Shown here piece after piece: positions 42,955 through 53,566 of a stretch of 64,000 bases of DNA. Both the position numbers and the translations under genes were made by a program. How positions within the stretch are numbered: position 1 is the stretch's first letter; the number at the start of each line of letters is the position of its first letter. The notes under the pieces were generated by a model. The model made no database searches, had not been told where the DNA came from, and worked only from the letters and a program-made list of their open reading frames with translations. This stretch comes from an uncultured delta proteobacterium (GTDB taxonomy: Bacteria > Desulfobacterota > Binatia > Binatales > Binataceae): the NCBI GenBank assembly GCA_963808235.1, contig CAWEEQ010000004.1, forward strand, positions 2,144,001-2,208,000, in the 5' to 3' direction.

Positions 42955-44998
42955 TCAATCTATCTTGTAAACGTGAGCCTGAAATGGCGCGTAGGTATCT
43001 TTGAATCGAGAGCCGCCTTGGTCGGGACGCGATTGAACGATTCTCGCCGTCCACTGAGACCGTGTGAGCGGGCCGCCGCAATGTAAAACTAGCATCGACA
43101 CTGTCACCGCTGTGATTGTACGAAATAAGGTAGCGGCTTCCGTCCTTGAGATCCTTCTCCTTGGTAATCACGGTACCGGTCGCCGAATTGGCGGAGAGCA
43201 CGGGGCTGTCGGGCGCGAGCAGCATCGGCTCAAGCGCACTAATTCCCTCGGTCACGTTGACCAACTCATCGTAGCGTTGCTGGCGAAGGACCGGATCGCG
43301 TTTAGGGCCCCAGTCGAGTCCGCGCAGTCCGTATGACCAGTAAAAGACTCCGCGCGCGCCTTCGGTGATCGCCATCCAGCTCATGTCGTGGAGCTCTTGC
43401 TCGGTGGGAAAGTGCGACAGCGAATTCAGCCAGAAAAACTGGATCACCGTCCACACCGGCCGCGCGCCATGAACCGCGCCGACGACCTTTCGAGTCAGAT
43501 CGCCGACATAGCTCTCGGGATAGCGGCTGCCGAGAACATAAGGATCGACTCCGAGTACGTCGACGGTGTCGCGCCAGAACTGGTATTCGTTTGGGATAAT
43601 TTTCTACCGCAAAGGTGATGCTGCCGGGGTCGTATTTGTTTGATCAGGCCGTATTGATGGAACGTCCGCGGCTGCCGCTCGCTGGCGCACTCGTCGCAGG
43701 TGTAATAGCCGACGACGCGCGAATCGTCGGCCAGTCCTTTGGCGTACTGAGCGATCACATCGTCCGCGCTGACGCCCCCGCTTCGGCCCATCGCGGATAT
43801 GCGCGCATCTCCGGAAAAAACGCGCTCACGGTCGCCAGGTAGAAGATGCCGAACGGCTCCATCGCCTCGGTGTAAGGATAGGATAACATCGGCGCGGCCG
43901 TTGGCGAGAAAATAATTAATCATCAGATTGATCGGCGCCTTGGATATCGCCGTCAATCGCGGAGTGATAGAAATCGGGTCTCAGCCCAAAGCCAGTCGTA
44001 TCGTACAGTCCGATCACAAATCGCGGCCGGCCGCCCATGTGAATGATATTGTCCGAATCGATCCACGCCTTCATCGTGGCGCGGGTCGCGCTGCTGACCT
44101 TGACGATCGTGTAGGACGATGGCGTGAAGATTCGCTTGTCGCCGGCCCCTTCCAGAGATCCCTGCAGCCGATATCGTCCGGGCGGCAAGGCTGCCCATGT
44201 CGACGGTCGCGACGCGTCGAGCCATCGGCCGGCGGCGACAGCCGATTGGTCGTAAGCACTTTTCCGCCCGAATCCATCACTTCGAGCACGACGTGAAGCT
44301 GCGCGATGGTTGTATCGGCAGGCGGATTAACATCGATTGCGACTCGTGCCACCTGGCTCTGCGTCGCTGAACATCATTCCGCGATAATTCGGATACAGCA
44401 GATAGGTTTCCAGCGGCGCGGGAATCTCGCGGCCCAGAAAGAATTTTCTGAACCATGACGTTCCAGCGACCGGCCCTACAGTCTCCGCGCGGAAGGAACC
44501 GACGCTGCCGTCGGCGAACGACGGCGTGCGCTTTCACCGACGGTGGTCCAGTCGGTCGTGCCAGCAAGAACCGCCTTGGTCATCGCCCATTTCTTCGCGG
44601 AGGCTTCGAGCAGACGGATTCGGGTGCCGCCGCGCCGCTTTGGCCGGAGTGGTCGTCTGAGTTTTGATTTCAGCCGAGATCGTGTAGAGACCCGGTGGGC
44701 ATTTGAACGCGTTCTCCGCAAAAGGGAACGGCGTGGCGCACGGCTGGTTCAGCTTCAGGCTGGCGATATCGCCACTGCCTTCGAGGTGAAGCAAGCAGGG
44801 TCGACACCGTCCAACCCTGAAGCCCGGCGCGCAAGTCGCCGTTGATCAGAAGATTCGGCCCCAAGGTGTACCCCGTTTCCGGCGCATCGAGGCCTCCCGT
44901 AGCGATGTCATCACCATATCCAGAGCCAGTTGGCGTGATCATCGAGAAGCCTGACGACAGATCAATGCAATAGCCACTCGACTAGTCAGTCTGTGCAT
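42955..44998 (-). pseudogene. Secreted CBM + glycoside-hydrolase-like protein, paralog of 60714-63275, with multiple frameshifts
   Basis: Fragments GGLDAPETGYTLGPNLLINGD, MKAWIDSDN...FVIGLYDTT, APINLMINY, GYYTCDE and WTVIQFF...LHDMSWMAITEGARGVFYWSYG match the intact paralog in order. Confidence 0.8.
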
Positions 44999-45042
44999 AG
45001 CTTGACAGTGCCGAGGTAATACTTTCGAGATCCCATCGTTGA

Positions 45043-45875
45043 TCAGGAAGTGGTAGTGGTTGCGATGAGGAAGAATCGCGCCTCGACCAGCGGCGAGCTG
45101 TTCCGAGAATGGACTAAAGCTATTGAGTTCCGGACTACCCATCCAGAGATGATACCCAAGCCCTTTAAGCGAATCGGTTATGGATTTCACTGATCCGTCG
45201 AATTTTTCAAGTCCGCACCCGACATGCATTTCGAAGAAGCAATCCGGCCGATAACGCGAGAGCGTATCGGCCGCTCCGCGCATAACTTTCGATTCGAATC
45301 CCTCGACGTCCACAAAGAGAACGTCGGGGGGCCCATATCGCCGCGTAAGCTCATCGACGCTGACACTGGGCACGGCGATTTTTCCCCAGGCGCCGCTGCC
45401 GTCGTCAACCTGTCCGTTCGCGCGGCAATTGAATTCAACTGGGTCCGAGGTATCGGACACGGCGGCGTTGATCACATCGAGGTTGCGCGCGTCGTTCAGT
45501 CGGCAATTTCGGATTGCGGCTTCATAGTTGTGCCGGCTCGCCTCGACCGCGACCACCTTTCCGGTCGCGCCGACAAATTTTGCTAGGATCATCGCGATGA
45601 GACATTGAAACGCGCCGCAATCGAACACGGTGGCGCCCGGACGTAGACGATGTTGCGCCAGGAACGACATCTCCGAGCGGAATTTCGGTCGAGTCGCGAT
45701 CGTACCAGCTCTTTGCGGTCGGATCCGAGATCCACAAGTCGAACTGATGGCCCGCTCTCGACCGGCGCACCTGGTAAGGTCGAAAACGGCGAAGTGCCCA
45801 ACGATAGCCCGCCACCCGGATTCGGTTCGCGACGGCCGGTGGAAGCAGCGATTTGGCTGCGCTCCTGATACTCAT
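45043..45875 (-). CDS. FkbM family methyltransferase (frameshifts near 45675 and 45090)
   Basis: PGATVFDCGA, GKVVAVEAS, NAAVSD and VDVEGFESKVMRGA motifs; N-terminus MSIRSAAKSLLP in another frame. Confidence 0.82.
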
Positions 45876-46048
45876 ACCGGTTGAGCCACTGTCATATTCG
45901 CTGGAAGCTTTGCAAACATCGTGCGGCCATCGCAGCGACTGTCCTAAGAGATCGAGTCGATCAGTATCGGTTCTGATGACAAGGTCAGAGCTTGATCACG
46001 TATAGGACAGAAGCAAGACTGCCGTAGCGCTGACCTGACGCGCCAGGA

Positions 46049-47485
46049 TCAGGCCGTTGTCCCCCTTGATACCCGCCGTCCGACGGCTGCCTTCTTGAGT
46101 ATGGCAGTAACGCGCAAACGGTGGCGGGAGGCCACTCTGTAAAGATCTCGTACACGCCCGCGGATAAGATATACATAGAGGTAGCCGGTGATCTGCAGCA
46201 GCTCCATCTTGCGACGTGATAGATGGTCCAGCTCGACGGCATTACCAATCGTCTTGTTGTAGTCTTCCCAGTCGGTGGAGAGCTTCCTGTATCCGCCCTC
46301 TCCTTTGACCGCCATCTCCCAGATCTCTGTTCCAGGATACGGCACCATGATGCCGAAGGCGGCACTCTTCGCGTTGAGCTCCCCGGCAAACTTGATCGAA
46401 TGCCACGCGGTCCTTACCGTCTCGCCGGGATGCCCGATTATGAAAAACGCCAGGAAGTTAAGTCCCGCTTGATGGAACGCGTCGGCTGCGGCTTTGATCT
46501 TTGCTTTAGTGACGCCTTTATTCATTGCGGCCATGATCTTGTCGTCGCCGCTCTCGACCCCCAGTCCCACCTCGACGCACCCGGCCTGCTTCATGAGTTT
46601 GACGAGTTCGAGGTTGATCGTGTTCGCGTGCACCATCGCAGACCATCGGAGTTTCAATCCGCGGGCAATCACCTCGTTGCAGATATCGGCGACGTGCTTC
46701 CGATTAACCGTGAAGGTCTCATCGTGGAAGGGAAACGTCTCGACGCCATACACCTCTGCATTGCGCTGAATCTCATCTGCGACATGTTTCCCAGTGCGAA
46801 GACGGACCGACTGTCCATATGGACGGCTGCAGAAGTTGCAGGAAAACGGACACCCGCGCGATGACATCACCGGGAGCAGTTTGGCGTATTTCCGAAATCC
46901 TTCCTGATCGTAGAGATGCCAGCCGGCGAAACCGAGTTCGTTCAGGGTCGGGGGAATTGATCCGCGCCCGGCCTCGACGATCTCGCCGTTCGGACGACGG
47001 TACCAGACTCCCGGAATGGTTGGCTGCCTTTCGCCGGCGAGAACGGCGGTGACCAGATCGGCGAACGCAACTTCCCCTTCACCGACTACCAGGTAGTCAA
47101 ATCCGGGAAATTCCTCGATAGTTCGCTTTGGCAGAAAGGATGCGTGAAACCCACCGAGCACCATCACAGTATCGGGCAACTGTTCTCGAACCCTTTGCGC
47201 GATGCGATGCGATGTTCCCACCATATGCGTGAATGCGCTGAACCCAACGATCCTGGGCTTGGCCGCGACGATGCGCTGGACGGTCTGATCCACGCTAAGG
47301 CGCTCCAGCTTGCCGTCAATAAGCAGCGGCCGGATCCCTGAGTGCTGCTCGAGCCAGCCACCGACGTACGCGATGCCAATCGCGGGGAAGTTGGGTCGGT
47401 CATAGACTTCCTCGCGAATGACCGCTGCAGGCGGAAAAACCAACACGACTTCAAAGGTTTTTTCGGAATCTGGCAAACCTGACAT
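46049..47485 (-). CDS. B12-binding domain radical SAM protein (class B methylase-like)
   Basis: N-terminal cobalamin-binding domain (GGFHAS, GEGE); SSRGCPFSCNFC; GVESG, FIIGHPGET and PYPGT motifs. Confidence 0.93.
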   Translation of the reverse strand: MSGLPDSEKTFEVVLVFPPAAVIREEVYDRPNFPAIGIAYVGGWLEQHSGIRPLLIDGKLERLSVDQTVQRIVAAKPRIVGFSAFTHMVGTSHRIAQRVREQLPDTVMVLGGFHASFLPKRTIEEFPGFDYLVVGEGEVAFADLVTAVLAGERQPTIPGVWYRRPNGEIVEAGRGSIPPTLNELGFAGWHLYDQEGFRKYAKLLPVMSSRGCPFSCNFCSRPYGQSVRLRTGKHVADEIQRNAEVYGVETFPFHDETFTVNRKHVADICNEVIARGLKLRWSAMVHANTINLELVKLMKQAGCVEVGLGVESGDDKIMAAMNKGVTKAKIKAAADAFHQAGLNFLAFFIIGHPGETVRTAWHSIKFAGELNAKSAAFGIMVPYPGTEIWEMAVKGEGGYRKLSTDWEDYNKTIGNAVELDHLSRRKMELLQITGYLYVYLIRGRVRDLYRVASRHRLRVTAILKKAAVGRRVSRGTTA

Positions 47486-47626
47486 CAGAATTACTCCCCT
47501 CGATTTCAGCCGGAAATCTGCACTTCCGACCCCCGCCTGAGTCCCCCCTCATAATGCCCAGATTCTGCCGCAACCGCAACCGAAACAGCGAAATTGACCG
47601 CGTAATTCCTGACGTCTACAGCACGT

Positions 47627-47866
47627 TTACTGCGCCTGCGCAGTAATCACTTCAACGATTTTTTCAACGCTCACCATACGTTCGGTCTGATCCGGTGAGA
47701 ATTGGCGGCCGAACTCCTGTTCGAGACTGACCACTATGTTCACTTGGGCCAGCGAATCCCATTCCGGATGTAACTGCGGCGATGATTGCTCGGTAATCGA
47801 TGCAAACGGCAGCGTCGTCATCTCGGCCACAATTCCGCGAACCCGGTCCAGCACCGAATCAGGCAT
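47627..47866 (-). CDS. Acyl carrier protein
   Basis: 79 aa, acidic; WDSLAQV phosphopantetheine site; overlaps the fkbH stop. Confidence 0.9.
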   Translation of the reverse strand: MPDSVLDRVRGIVAEMTTLPFASITEQSSPQLHPEWDSLAQVNIVVSLEQEFGRQFSPDQTERMVSVEKIVEVITAQAQ

Positions 47867-49745
47867 GAGAAATCGCTCCTTCAGTCACGCATTCGATCCA
47901 GGTCGGCGATTCCATCTTCAGACTCAGATCGTATTCGTAGAGCAGGCCGGCGTTCTCCTCGCGAACGAGCCGGAAATGACGGTTGGGATAGAAGTCTCTG
48001 GCCGGAGCGTTGCGAGCGGTCGGTACGAACCAGCCTTGCAGCCGGCGCGCGCCGCGCTTGGCGCAATCCGCCGCTACGTGGGATAGAAAGGCGGTCTCGA
48101 TCGTACGTCCCATCGCGCGACAACTCAGCATGAAACTGTCGATCTCACATGCCTGACCGGCTTGGGAACAGATCGCGATTCCGACCAATCCGTAGTCGCC
48201 CAGGCGATCAGACGCCGCTAGCGTGTATACCCTCCAGCCCTCGCGCGAGACCAACTCGGCGATCGTTTGTTCGCTGTATCGCTTGGTCGTGAGGTTGAAC
48301 TGATTCGTCTTCTGAGTAAGTTGAGCGACCCGGCCCAAAGTCTCCGCACGCATCGTTCCAATAGTTACCCGGATGTTAAGAGACCGATAGTAGTCTTCCA
48401 AACTCAAAGCACTGGTCTTGAGTGCGATGCGCTGTTGCTCGGCCTGGTAGTGAGATGTGCGCACCTTGTCTTCCGCGGAAATCGCAAGCCGTTCAAATAC
48501 CGGTGCCTCGCGCAAGGCGGTCGCGTAGCCCGCTGGGTCCGAGGGCAGATCGATTACGTACACTTCGGGCGCAAGCGCGCGGACCTCACCGCGTTCTTTG
48601 GGGTCGTCGTCCACAAACGCGAGTGCGGCGGAGTCGATGTTCAGTTCGACCGCAATCTCACGCAAATTTTGCGCCTTGTTGTTCCAATTGATCCGGGTCG
48701 CGGCAAAATGATGCGGCCGCAGGAGCATCGCCGGATGCCCGCTCAGCATCTCGAGCGCCTCCTGCGGGTTATTCTTGCTGCAGACCGCAAGAATTACCCC
48801 ACGCTTATGCAAATCGAGCACGGTGCGCTGGAATTCCAGGAATGCATTGCCCGGATAGTCGTCGCCGAGTTTTATTCCGCTCGGCCCGTCTTCACCGATA
48901 ATTCCGCCCCACACAGTGTTGTCGAGATCCAGGACCAGCGCCTTGCATATTCGCCCCGCGAGCGGCAGCAGAATACGCATGTACTCCGCGGCGAGAAACG
49001 GCAGCGCATCGGCGCGTAGCGGCAAATGGATGCTCAGCCATTTGGCTTCGTCGTACCATCGCAGACTCCCAAATCTGACCATCGCGGCATCGTAGTCGAA
49101 TACATAGACGCCTGCGTTCTCGGAGCAAATTCGCACTATTTCGCGGTTGATCGTTCGCACCGCGTCCACCTGTCCGACATTCTTCTGGGAGTCAATCACT
49201 CCAGCGCTCGGAAATGGCGGCGCGGCGAAGGTATTCAGCACCACATGGGCCTGACTATGCGACCGGACTGCCTCGATAAACCCCTGCAGTTCGGAGCGCG
49301 TCCGGTCGATAAGACTATCGAAGTCGGAGGAGCCCATCTCGACAGAATTGCTCCACAGCTCCGGCAATACATCGCGCGTCTCGGTCGCGAGCCAGACGAG
49401 GTCGGGCTCGAAGCGATAAAGGGCGCCCGCCGGATCGCGCACCTCTTGCGCGTAAGTGTTGAAACCTCCAACCTGCACGACCAAGTCGAGGCCGTGAGAG
49501 ACCGCTTCGGCGCGAACGAGCGGAACCAGCGGCTCGATCGTGTACGAGCGCAAGATTGCGACTCGCAAGCACGGAAGATCCAAGTCGGTTTTGATGCGTT
49601 CAAATTGCTTGAGGACGAACTGTGCGTTCGAAAGCGTTCTCGAGGAACGATAGAGATCGGACATCAGCCGATGAGCCACAGCATAATTGCGGGACTCGAT
49701 CGCCTCGAGAATCCGCTCGCGATCGGTAGTGACGCTATTGCTCAT
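47859..49745 (-). CDS. fkbH: FkbH-like HAD-IIIC glyceryl-ACP synthase with N-terminal extension
   Basis: LDLDNTVWGG, CSKNN, FVDDDPKE, TQKTNQFNLT, DRLGDYGLVG and FMLSCR motifs. Confidence 0.92.
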   Translation of the reverse strand: MSNSVTTDRERILEAIESRNYAVAHRLMSDLYRSSRTLSNAQFVLKQFERIKTDLDLPCLRVAILRSYTIEPLVPLVRAEAVSHGLDLVVQVGGFNTYAQEVRDPAGALYRFEPDLVWLATETRDVLPELWSNSVEMGSSDFDSLIDRTRSELQGFIEAVRSHSQAHVVLNTFAAPPFPSAGVIDSQKNVGQVDAVRTINREIVRICSENAGVYVFDYDAAMVRFGSLRWYDEAKWLSIHLPLRADALPFLAAEYMRILLPLAGRICKALVLDLDNTVWGGIIGEDGPSGIKLGDDYPGNAFLEFQRTVLDLHKRGVILAVCSKNNPQEALEMLSGHPAMLLRPHHFAATRINWNNKAQNLREIAVELNIDSAALAFVDDDPKERGEVRALAPEVYVIDLPSDPAGYATALREAPVFERLAISAEDKVRTSHYQAEQQRIALKTSALSLEDYYRSLNIRVTIGTMRAETLGRVAQLTQKTNQFNLTTKRYSEQTIAELVSREGWRVYTLAASDRLGDYGLVGIAICSQAGQACEIDSFMLSCRAMGRTIETAFLSHVAADCAKRGARRLQGWFVPTARNAPARDFYPNRHFRLVREENAGLLYEYDLSLKMESPTWIECVTEGAISHA

Positions 49746-49829
49746 TGGAAGTTGCTCAACAAGCCGTCACCGCACCTGGGAAAAACAACTCACAGTGAGC
49801 CTGTCGGGTAAGCGGTAAACTCAACCGGA

Positions 49830-50357
49830 TCAGCCTTTGTCCCACTCGCCGTGTGCTTTTCCAACCACTCTCGCCGGCGATCCGACAACTACTACTCCGG
49901 CGGGAACGCTCCGAAATACCACAGAACCGGCGCCAACTATCGCGCCGGCGCCGATGCTGACCCCCGGCGCGATGATTGCGCCCGTACAGACATACGAGCG
50001 GGCCCCAAGAGTTACCGGCTTCAGCAAATCGCTTCTCACGTTGTGGCATTCGATGATTACACGCGGCGCAACGCAAACGCGATCTTCGAGCGTAATCATC
50101 TCGGGAAAAACCGGATCGATGAGGCAATCGCGGCCAATAAAATGTCCGCTGCCACGGAATTTCACCCCCATCAGACGATACGCGAGCAGCCGCATCCTGG
50201 CCGGCAACACGCTGACGAAATACGGGACCGTCATGAGAACCAGCCGATGCGCGAGCGAAGACTTCCGAACCGCGCTATATTCCTTCAATCCCATACCGGG
50301 CCGCCACGCATCGTCGCCGGAAGCTCTGCTGTTGGTTTGGTTCATCAAAAAGAACAA
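49830..50357 (-). CDS. Hexapeptide-repeat (LbH) acyltransferase
   Basis: IGRDCLID and IAPGVSIGAGAIVGAGSVV...VVGSPARVV motifs; true start may be downstream. Confidence 0.85.
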   Translation of the reverse strand: MFFLMNQTNSRASGDDAWRPGMGLKEYSAVRKSSLAHRLVLMTVPYFVSVLPARMRLLAYRLMGVKFRGSGHFIGRDCLIDPVFPEMITLEDRVCVAPRVIIECHNVRSDLLKPVTLGARSYVCTGAIIAPGVSIGAGAIVGAGSVVFRSVPAGVVVVGSPARVVGKAHGEWDKG

Positions 50358-50455
50358 CGCGCGTGGTCATCCTGCCAGAGTGATCGCGCGACTCTCAAGA
50401 GCCTTGCCTCCTACGCCCTTGCCGCCGAAGGAATCGCCGGTGTACGTTGCGCCTG

Positions 50456-51265
50456 ATGAGCAGTCCATCGAATCTTGAAACTCCCGCAATCCGGCTTTAT
50501 CTCGATCTCTTGAAACGCTCGTTGACTAATACGCTGTTCGAAACGGAACCCGACGCCGATCAGGACAACGAACTGCGCTTCGTGCACGGCTTCATCCATC
50601 ACTACATCAACGGTTCCGCGGTTTCGATGCTGCCGCTGAAAAGATTCGACCATCTGCAATCCTGCGTCGAAGACGTTCTCGCACATCACATTGCCGGCGA
50701 TCTCATCGAAGCGGGAGTTTGGCGCGGCGGCGCGACCATCTTCATGCGTGCGGCGCTCAAGGCTTACGGCGCAACCGACAGGACCGTATGGGTGGCCGAT
50801 TCCTTCGAAGGGCTGCCGGAGCCCGATGCCGAAAAGTTTCCCCTCGAAGCGAAGGCGCATCAGGGGCCGGTTATGACCAAGACCTACAAGCATCTCGCGG
50901 CAAGTGTCGAGGAGGTTCAGCGAAACTTCCGCGCCTACGGGATGCTCGACGATCAGGTTCGGTTCCTCAAAGGTTGGTTCAAGGACACGCTTCCGAATGC
51001 CCCGATCGAAGCACTCTCGATCATGCGACTGGACGGCGACTTCTACGAATCGACCAGAGACGGACTGGTAAATCTCTATGACAAATTGTCGATCGGCGGA
51101 TACGCGATCATCGACGACTACGGCGAGACTTCGTGGACCTATTGCCGGAAAGCAGTCGATGAATTTCGCCAGGAACGTGGGATCGAGGAGCCGCTGGTCC
51201 GAGTCGACTCGAAGTGCCATTTCTGGCGCAAACTGCGCCACGCACCGAAGCCGCTGCCTGCGTAG
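50456..51265 (+). CDS. TylF/MycF/NovP family O-methyltransferase
   Basis: YLDLLKRSL, GDLIEAGVWRGG, DSFEGLP, KGWFKDTLP, RLDGDFYEST and IIDDY motifs. Confidence 0.93.
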   Translation: MSSPSNLETPAIRLYLDLLKRSLTNTLFETEPDADQDNELRFVHGFIHHYINGSAVSMLPLKRFDHLQSCVEDVLAHHIAGDLIEAGVWRGGATIFMRAALKAYGATDRTVWVADSFEGLPEPDAEKFPLEAKAHQGPVMTKTYKHLAASVEEVQRNFRAYGMLDDQVRFLKGWFKDTLPNAPIEALSIMRLDGDFYESTRDGLVNLYDKLSIGGYAIIDDYGETSWTYCRKAVDEFRQERGIEEPLVRVDSKCHFWRKLRHAPKPLPA

Positions 51266-51397
51266 GGTTTCTTCCCAGAGATCTGCCGTCCCCAGCGTGG
51301 GATCGAAGCTCCCAATGAAGAAAGCTCTCCGCGAGAATCGCAACTCTGTACGACGCGGCGATTCACGTAGGCACACGTCGGGCATTGCGTGCGCAGT

Positions 51398-51427
51398 TTG
51401 ACAACGAGGTCGTAACACAGGTAAATT
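51398..51427 (+). promoter_or_regulatory. Putative sigma70 promoter for the priming transferase
   Basis: TTGACA-N18-TAAATT. Confidence 0.45.
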
Positions 51428-51519
51428 CTGTCGAGCTTAGGCGAAGTAGATGTGTAATTGACGCTCTAAGGCTCAATTAGGATGCCGCTGCCCGATAGGA
51501 TGCAGGCGGTGGGGGTGAG

Positions 51520-52953
51520 TTGAATCCGAAAAATACCAGGGAAGTGGCGGAGCGAATTGCCGATGCTATCTGCATTTTCTTCGGCTATTTGATCGCCACA
51601 GAGATCCCGTTCGCTCTGCGCCTGGACAGGATTCAGATAATCCCGCACGGCAGGGCTTCCGCCGCGCAATCTGAGTATTCTGCCCTTTTAATTCTAGCGA
51701 TTTTGTCGTGGCTGACCCTGACTGCATACACAGAAACCTATCGGCCGCACCGCACAGAACGCCTGAATTTCCTGGTCCGTCGCCTGATACAGACGTTGCT
51801 GATCTGGTCTCTGGTGACGGTCGCGGCGATCTTTGCACTGAAATTTGAATATCTGAGCCGGCAATTTATCGCCTATTTCATGGGCGCGTCGATGGTTTTC
51901 ATCTTCATCCGGCAACTAGGAACCACGCTTTTGCTGCGCAACTTGCGCCGCTCAGCGCATAAGTGGCGGACCGCGGTGGTGATTGGCGACGAGGCGACTT
52001 GCGAGCACTTCGCGGGACTTCTGACCGCCACCGATACTATGGGCTATGAGCGGGTAGTCGTTCAGCCGACCAAGCGGGTCCTCAATTCGAACGGCAATGG
52101 GGCGGAACCAGGATACGACTTCGATGCGGCTTCGCTCGCGGAATTTGATGACATCTACCTAATCGGTGCAAACGACGGGGCGGAGTCTCCGGCGGGCGCA
52201 GACGGTGTCCTCACCCTCCTCAAGCGGGGCAAATCCGTGCACATCATACCGAGCCTCCTGGATACCCGGCTGTTTCGCCAGTCGCTCGGCGACGTCGCCG
52301 GCATTCCGGTACTCTCGGTGAGCAAGGGTGAGCTGACACCCTCTCAAGCGGCTCTGAAGCGCACCGTCGATTTCATCCTGTCGACGCTACTGTTGATCGT
52401 TCTATCGCCGGTGATCGGTGTGATCGCGCTCGCAATCAAATTTACCTCGGCGGGACCCGCGCTGTTCCGTCAGAAGCGGCTGGGTCTCAAGGGGGAACCG
52501 TTTACTCTCTATAAGTTCCGCACCATGCATGCTAACGCCGAGCAGATCCTGAAGGACTCGCCGGCGCTTTATGACAAATACCTGAAAAACAACTTCAAGC
52601 TTCCCAAGGGCGAAGATCCGCGCCTCGCTCCGCTCGGGAGATTACTGCGTGCCACCAGCCTCGATGAGCTGCCGCAACTATTCAACGTGTTGATCGGTGA
52701 GATGAGCCTGGTCGGGCCGCGCCCGATCGTGCCCCATGAGGCGGTTCAATACGGCGATCTAGCGATGCTGTTCATGTCCGCCAAACCAGGGCTGACCGGC
52801 CATTGGCAGGTCAGCGGCCGCAGCGAGATCGTGGAGTACCAAAAGCGGGTCGAATTGGACCTCGAATACATCCGGGACCAATCGCTGGGCAAAGACATCG
52901 AGATATTGCTGCGGACTGTTCCGGCAGTGCTGCGGCGCAAGGGCGCCAACTAG
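51520..52953 (+). CDS. Priming undecaprenyl-phosphate glycosylphosphotransferase (WcaJ/WbaP/ExoY family)
   Basis: N-terminal TMs; [33 protein letters not shown] and [14 protein letters not shown] motifs. Confidence 0.95.
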   Translation: MNPKNTREVAERIADAICIFFGYLIATEIPFALRLDRIQIIPHGRASAAQSEYSALLILAILSWLTLTAYTETYRPHRTERLNFLVRRLIQTLLIWSLVTVAAIFALKFEYLSRQFIAYFMGASMVFIFIRQLGTTLLLRNLRRSAHKWRTAVVIGDEATCEHFAGLLTATDTMGYERVVVQPTKRVLNSNGNGAEPGYDFDAASLAEFDDIYLIGANDGAESPAGADGVLTLLKRGKSVHIIPSLLDTRLFRQSLGDVAGIPVLSVSKGELTPSQAALKRTVDFILSTLLLIVLSPVIGVIALAIKFTSAGPALFRQKRLGLKGEPFTLYKFRTMHANAEQILKDSPALYDKYLKNNFKLPKGEDPRLAPLGRLLRATSLDELPQLFNVLIGEMSLVGPRPIVPHEAVQYGDLAMLFMSAKPGLTGHWQVSGRSEIVEYQKRVELDLEYIRDQSLGKDIEILLRTVPAVLRRKGAN

Positions 52954-53038
52954 GCGGACTGTCTTCGTCGCGGCGTCAACTCTTTTTCTCAGCTCATTGC
53001 TATGGTACGAGTTCTTTATACGGAGGATTAGAGCAATC

Positions 53039-53458
53039 GTGGTCAAACTATCACTCCGTCAATGCTGCCTGCTCGCGTGTTTTGCGATTGTTGCCGGATT
53101 CTTCTTCCCGGCGCCTTCTTCTCTGTCCGCCGCCCGTGCGCCAGGCCACCCGGTCGGCCTCAACGTCAGCCTGCGGGACACGGGCAAGACAGTCGCGCTC
53201 CCAGTCGGCGAGCAACTAGTGGTCACGCTTCCGATCACACGCAATTACGCGGACGATACCTGGTACGTGTCGAGCAATTCCGGCGGCGCGCTGAAACTGA
53301 TAGCGGGGCCTGACGAGAAGCACGGGCGAAACTGGACACCTTGGAAGCCCAGCTCGCAGGTGTTCTACTTCCGACGTGAAGCCCCAGGGCGTGTAAATTT
53401 GGTGCTGGAAAGGAAGTACTGGTCGCGGCCGATGATCCTCGACGTAGTCGATCGGTAA
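53039..53458 (+). CDS. Small secreted protein, divergent chagasin/I42-like Ig fold
   Basis: GGAGGA RBS, signal peptide; DTGKTVALPVGEQLVVTLP...W...FYF...PG pattern; lacks the NPTTGY loop. Confidence 0.55.
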   Translation: MVKLSLRQCCLLACFAIVAGFFFPAPSSLSAARAPGHPVGLNVSLRDTGKTVALPVGEQLVVTLPITRNYADDTWYVSSNSGGALKLIAGPDEKHGRNWTPWKPSSQVFYFRREAPGRVNLVLERKYWSRPMILDVVDR

Positions 53459-53566
53459 GCACTCGATGGCGGCAGTTGCAGTTTGACCACTGGCCTCATC
53501 CTTGATCCTGCTTTGATCCTTGATACTGCTTGATGCGGCCCCTATAAGAGGGAGAGATACCGGACT

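Noticed and set aside
45911-45926. Sigma54-like element CCGCACG-N4-TTGC upstream of FkbM on the minus strand
   Set aside because: The invariant GG at -24 is missing
45043-49745. FkbH/ACP/FkbM as evidence for a polyketide (methoxymalonyl-ACP) antibiotic cluster
   Set aside because: No PKS/NRPS or dehydrogenase genes in the window; the context is entirely polysaccharide biosynthesis
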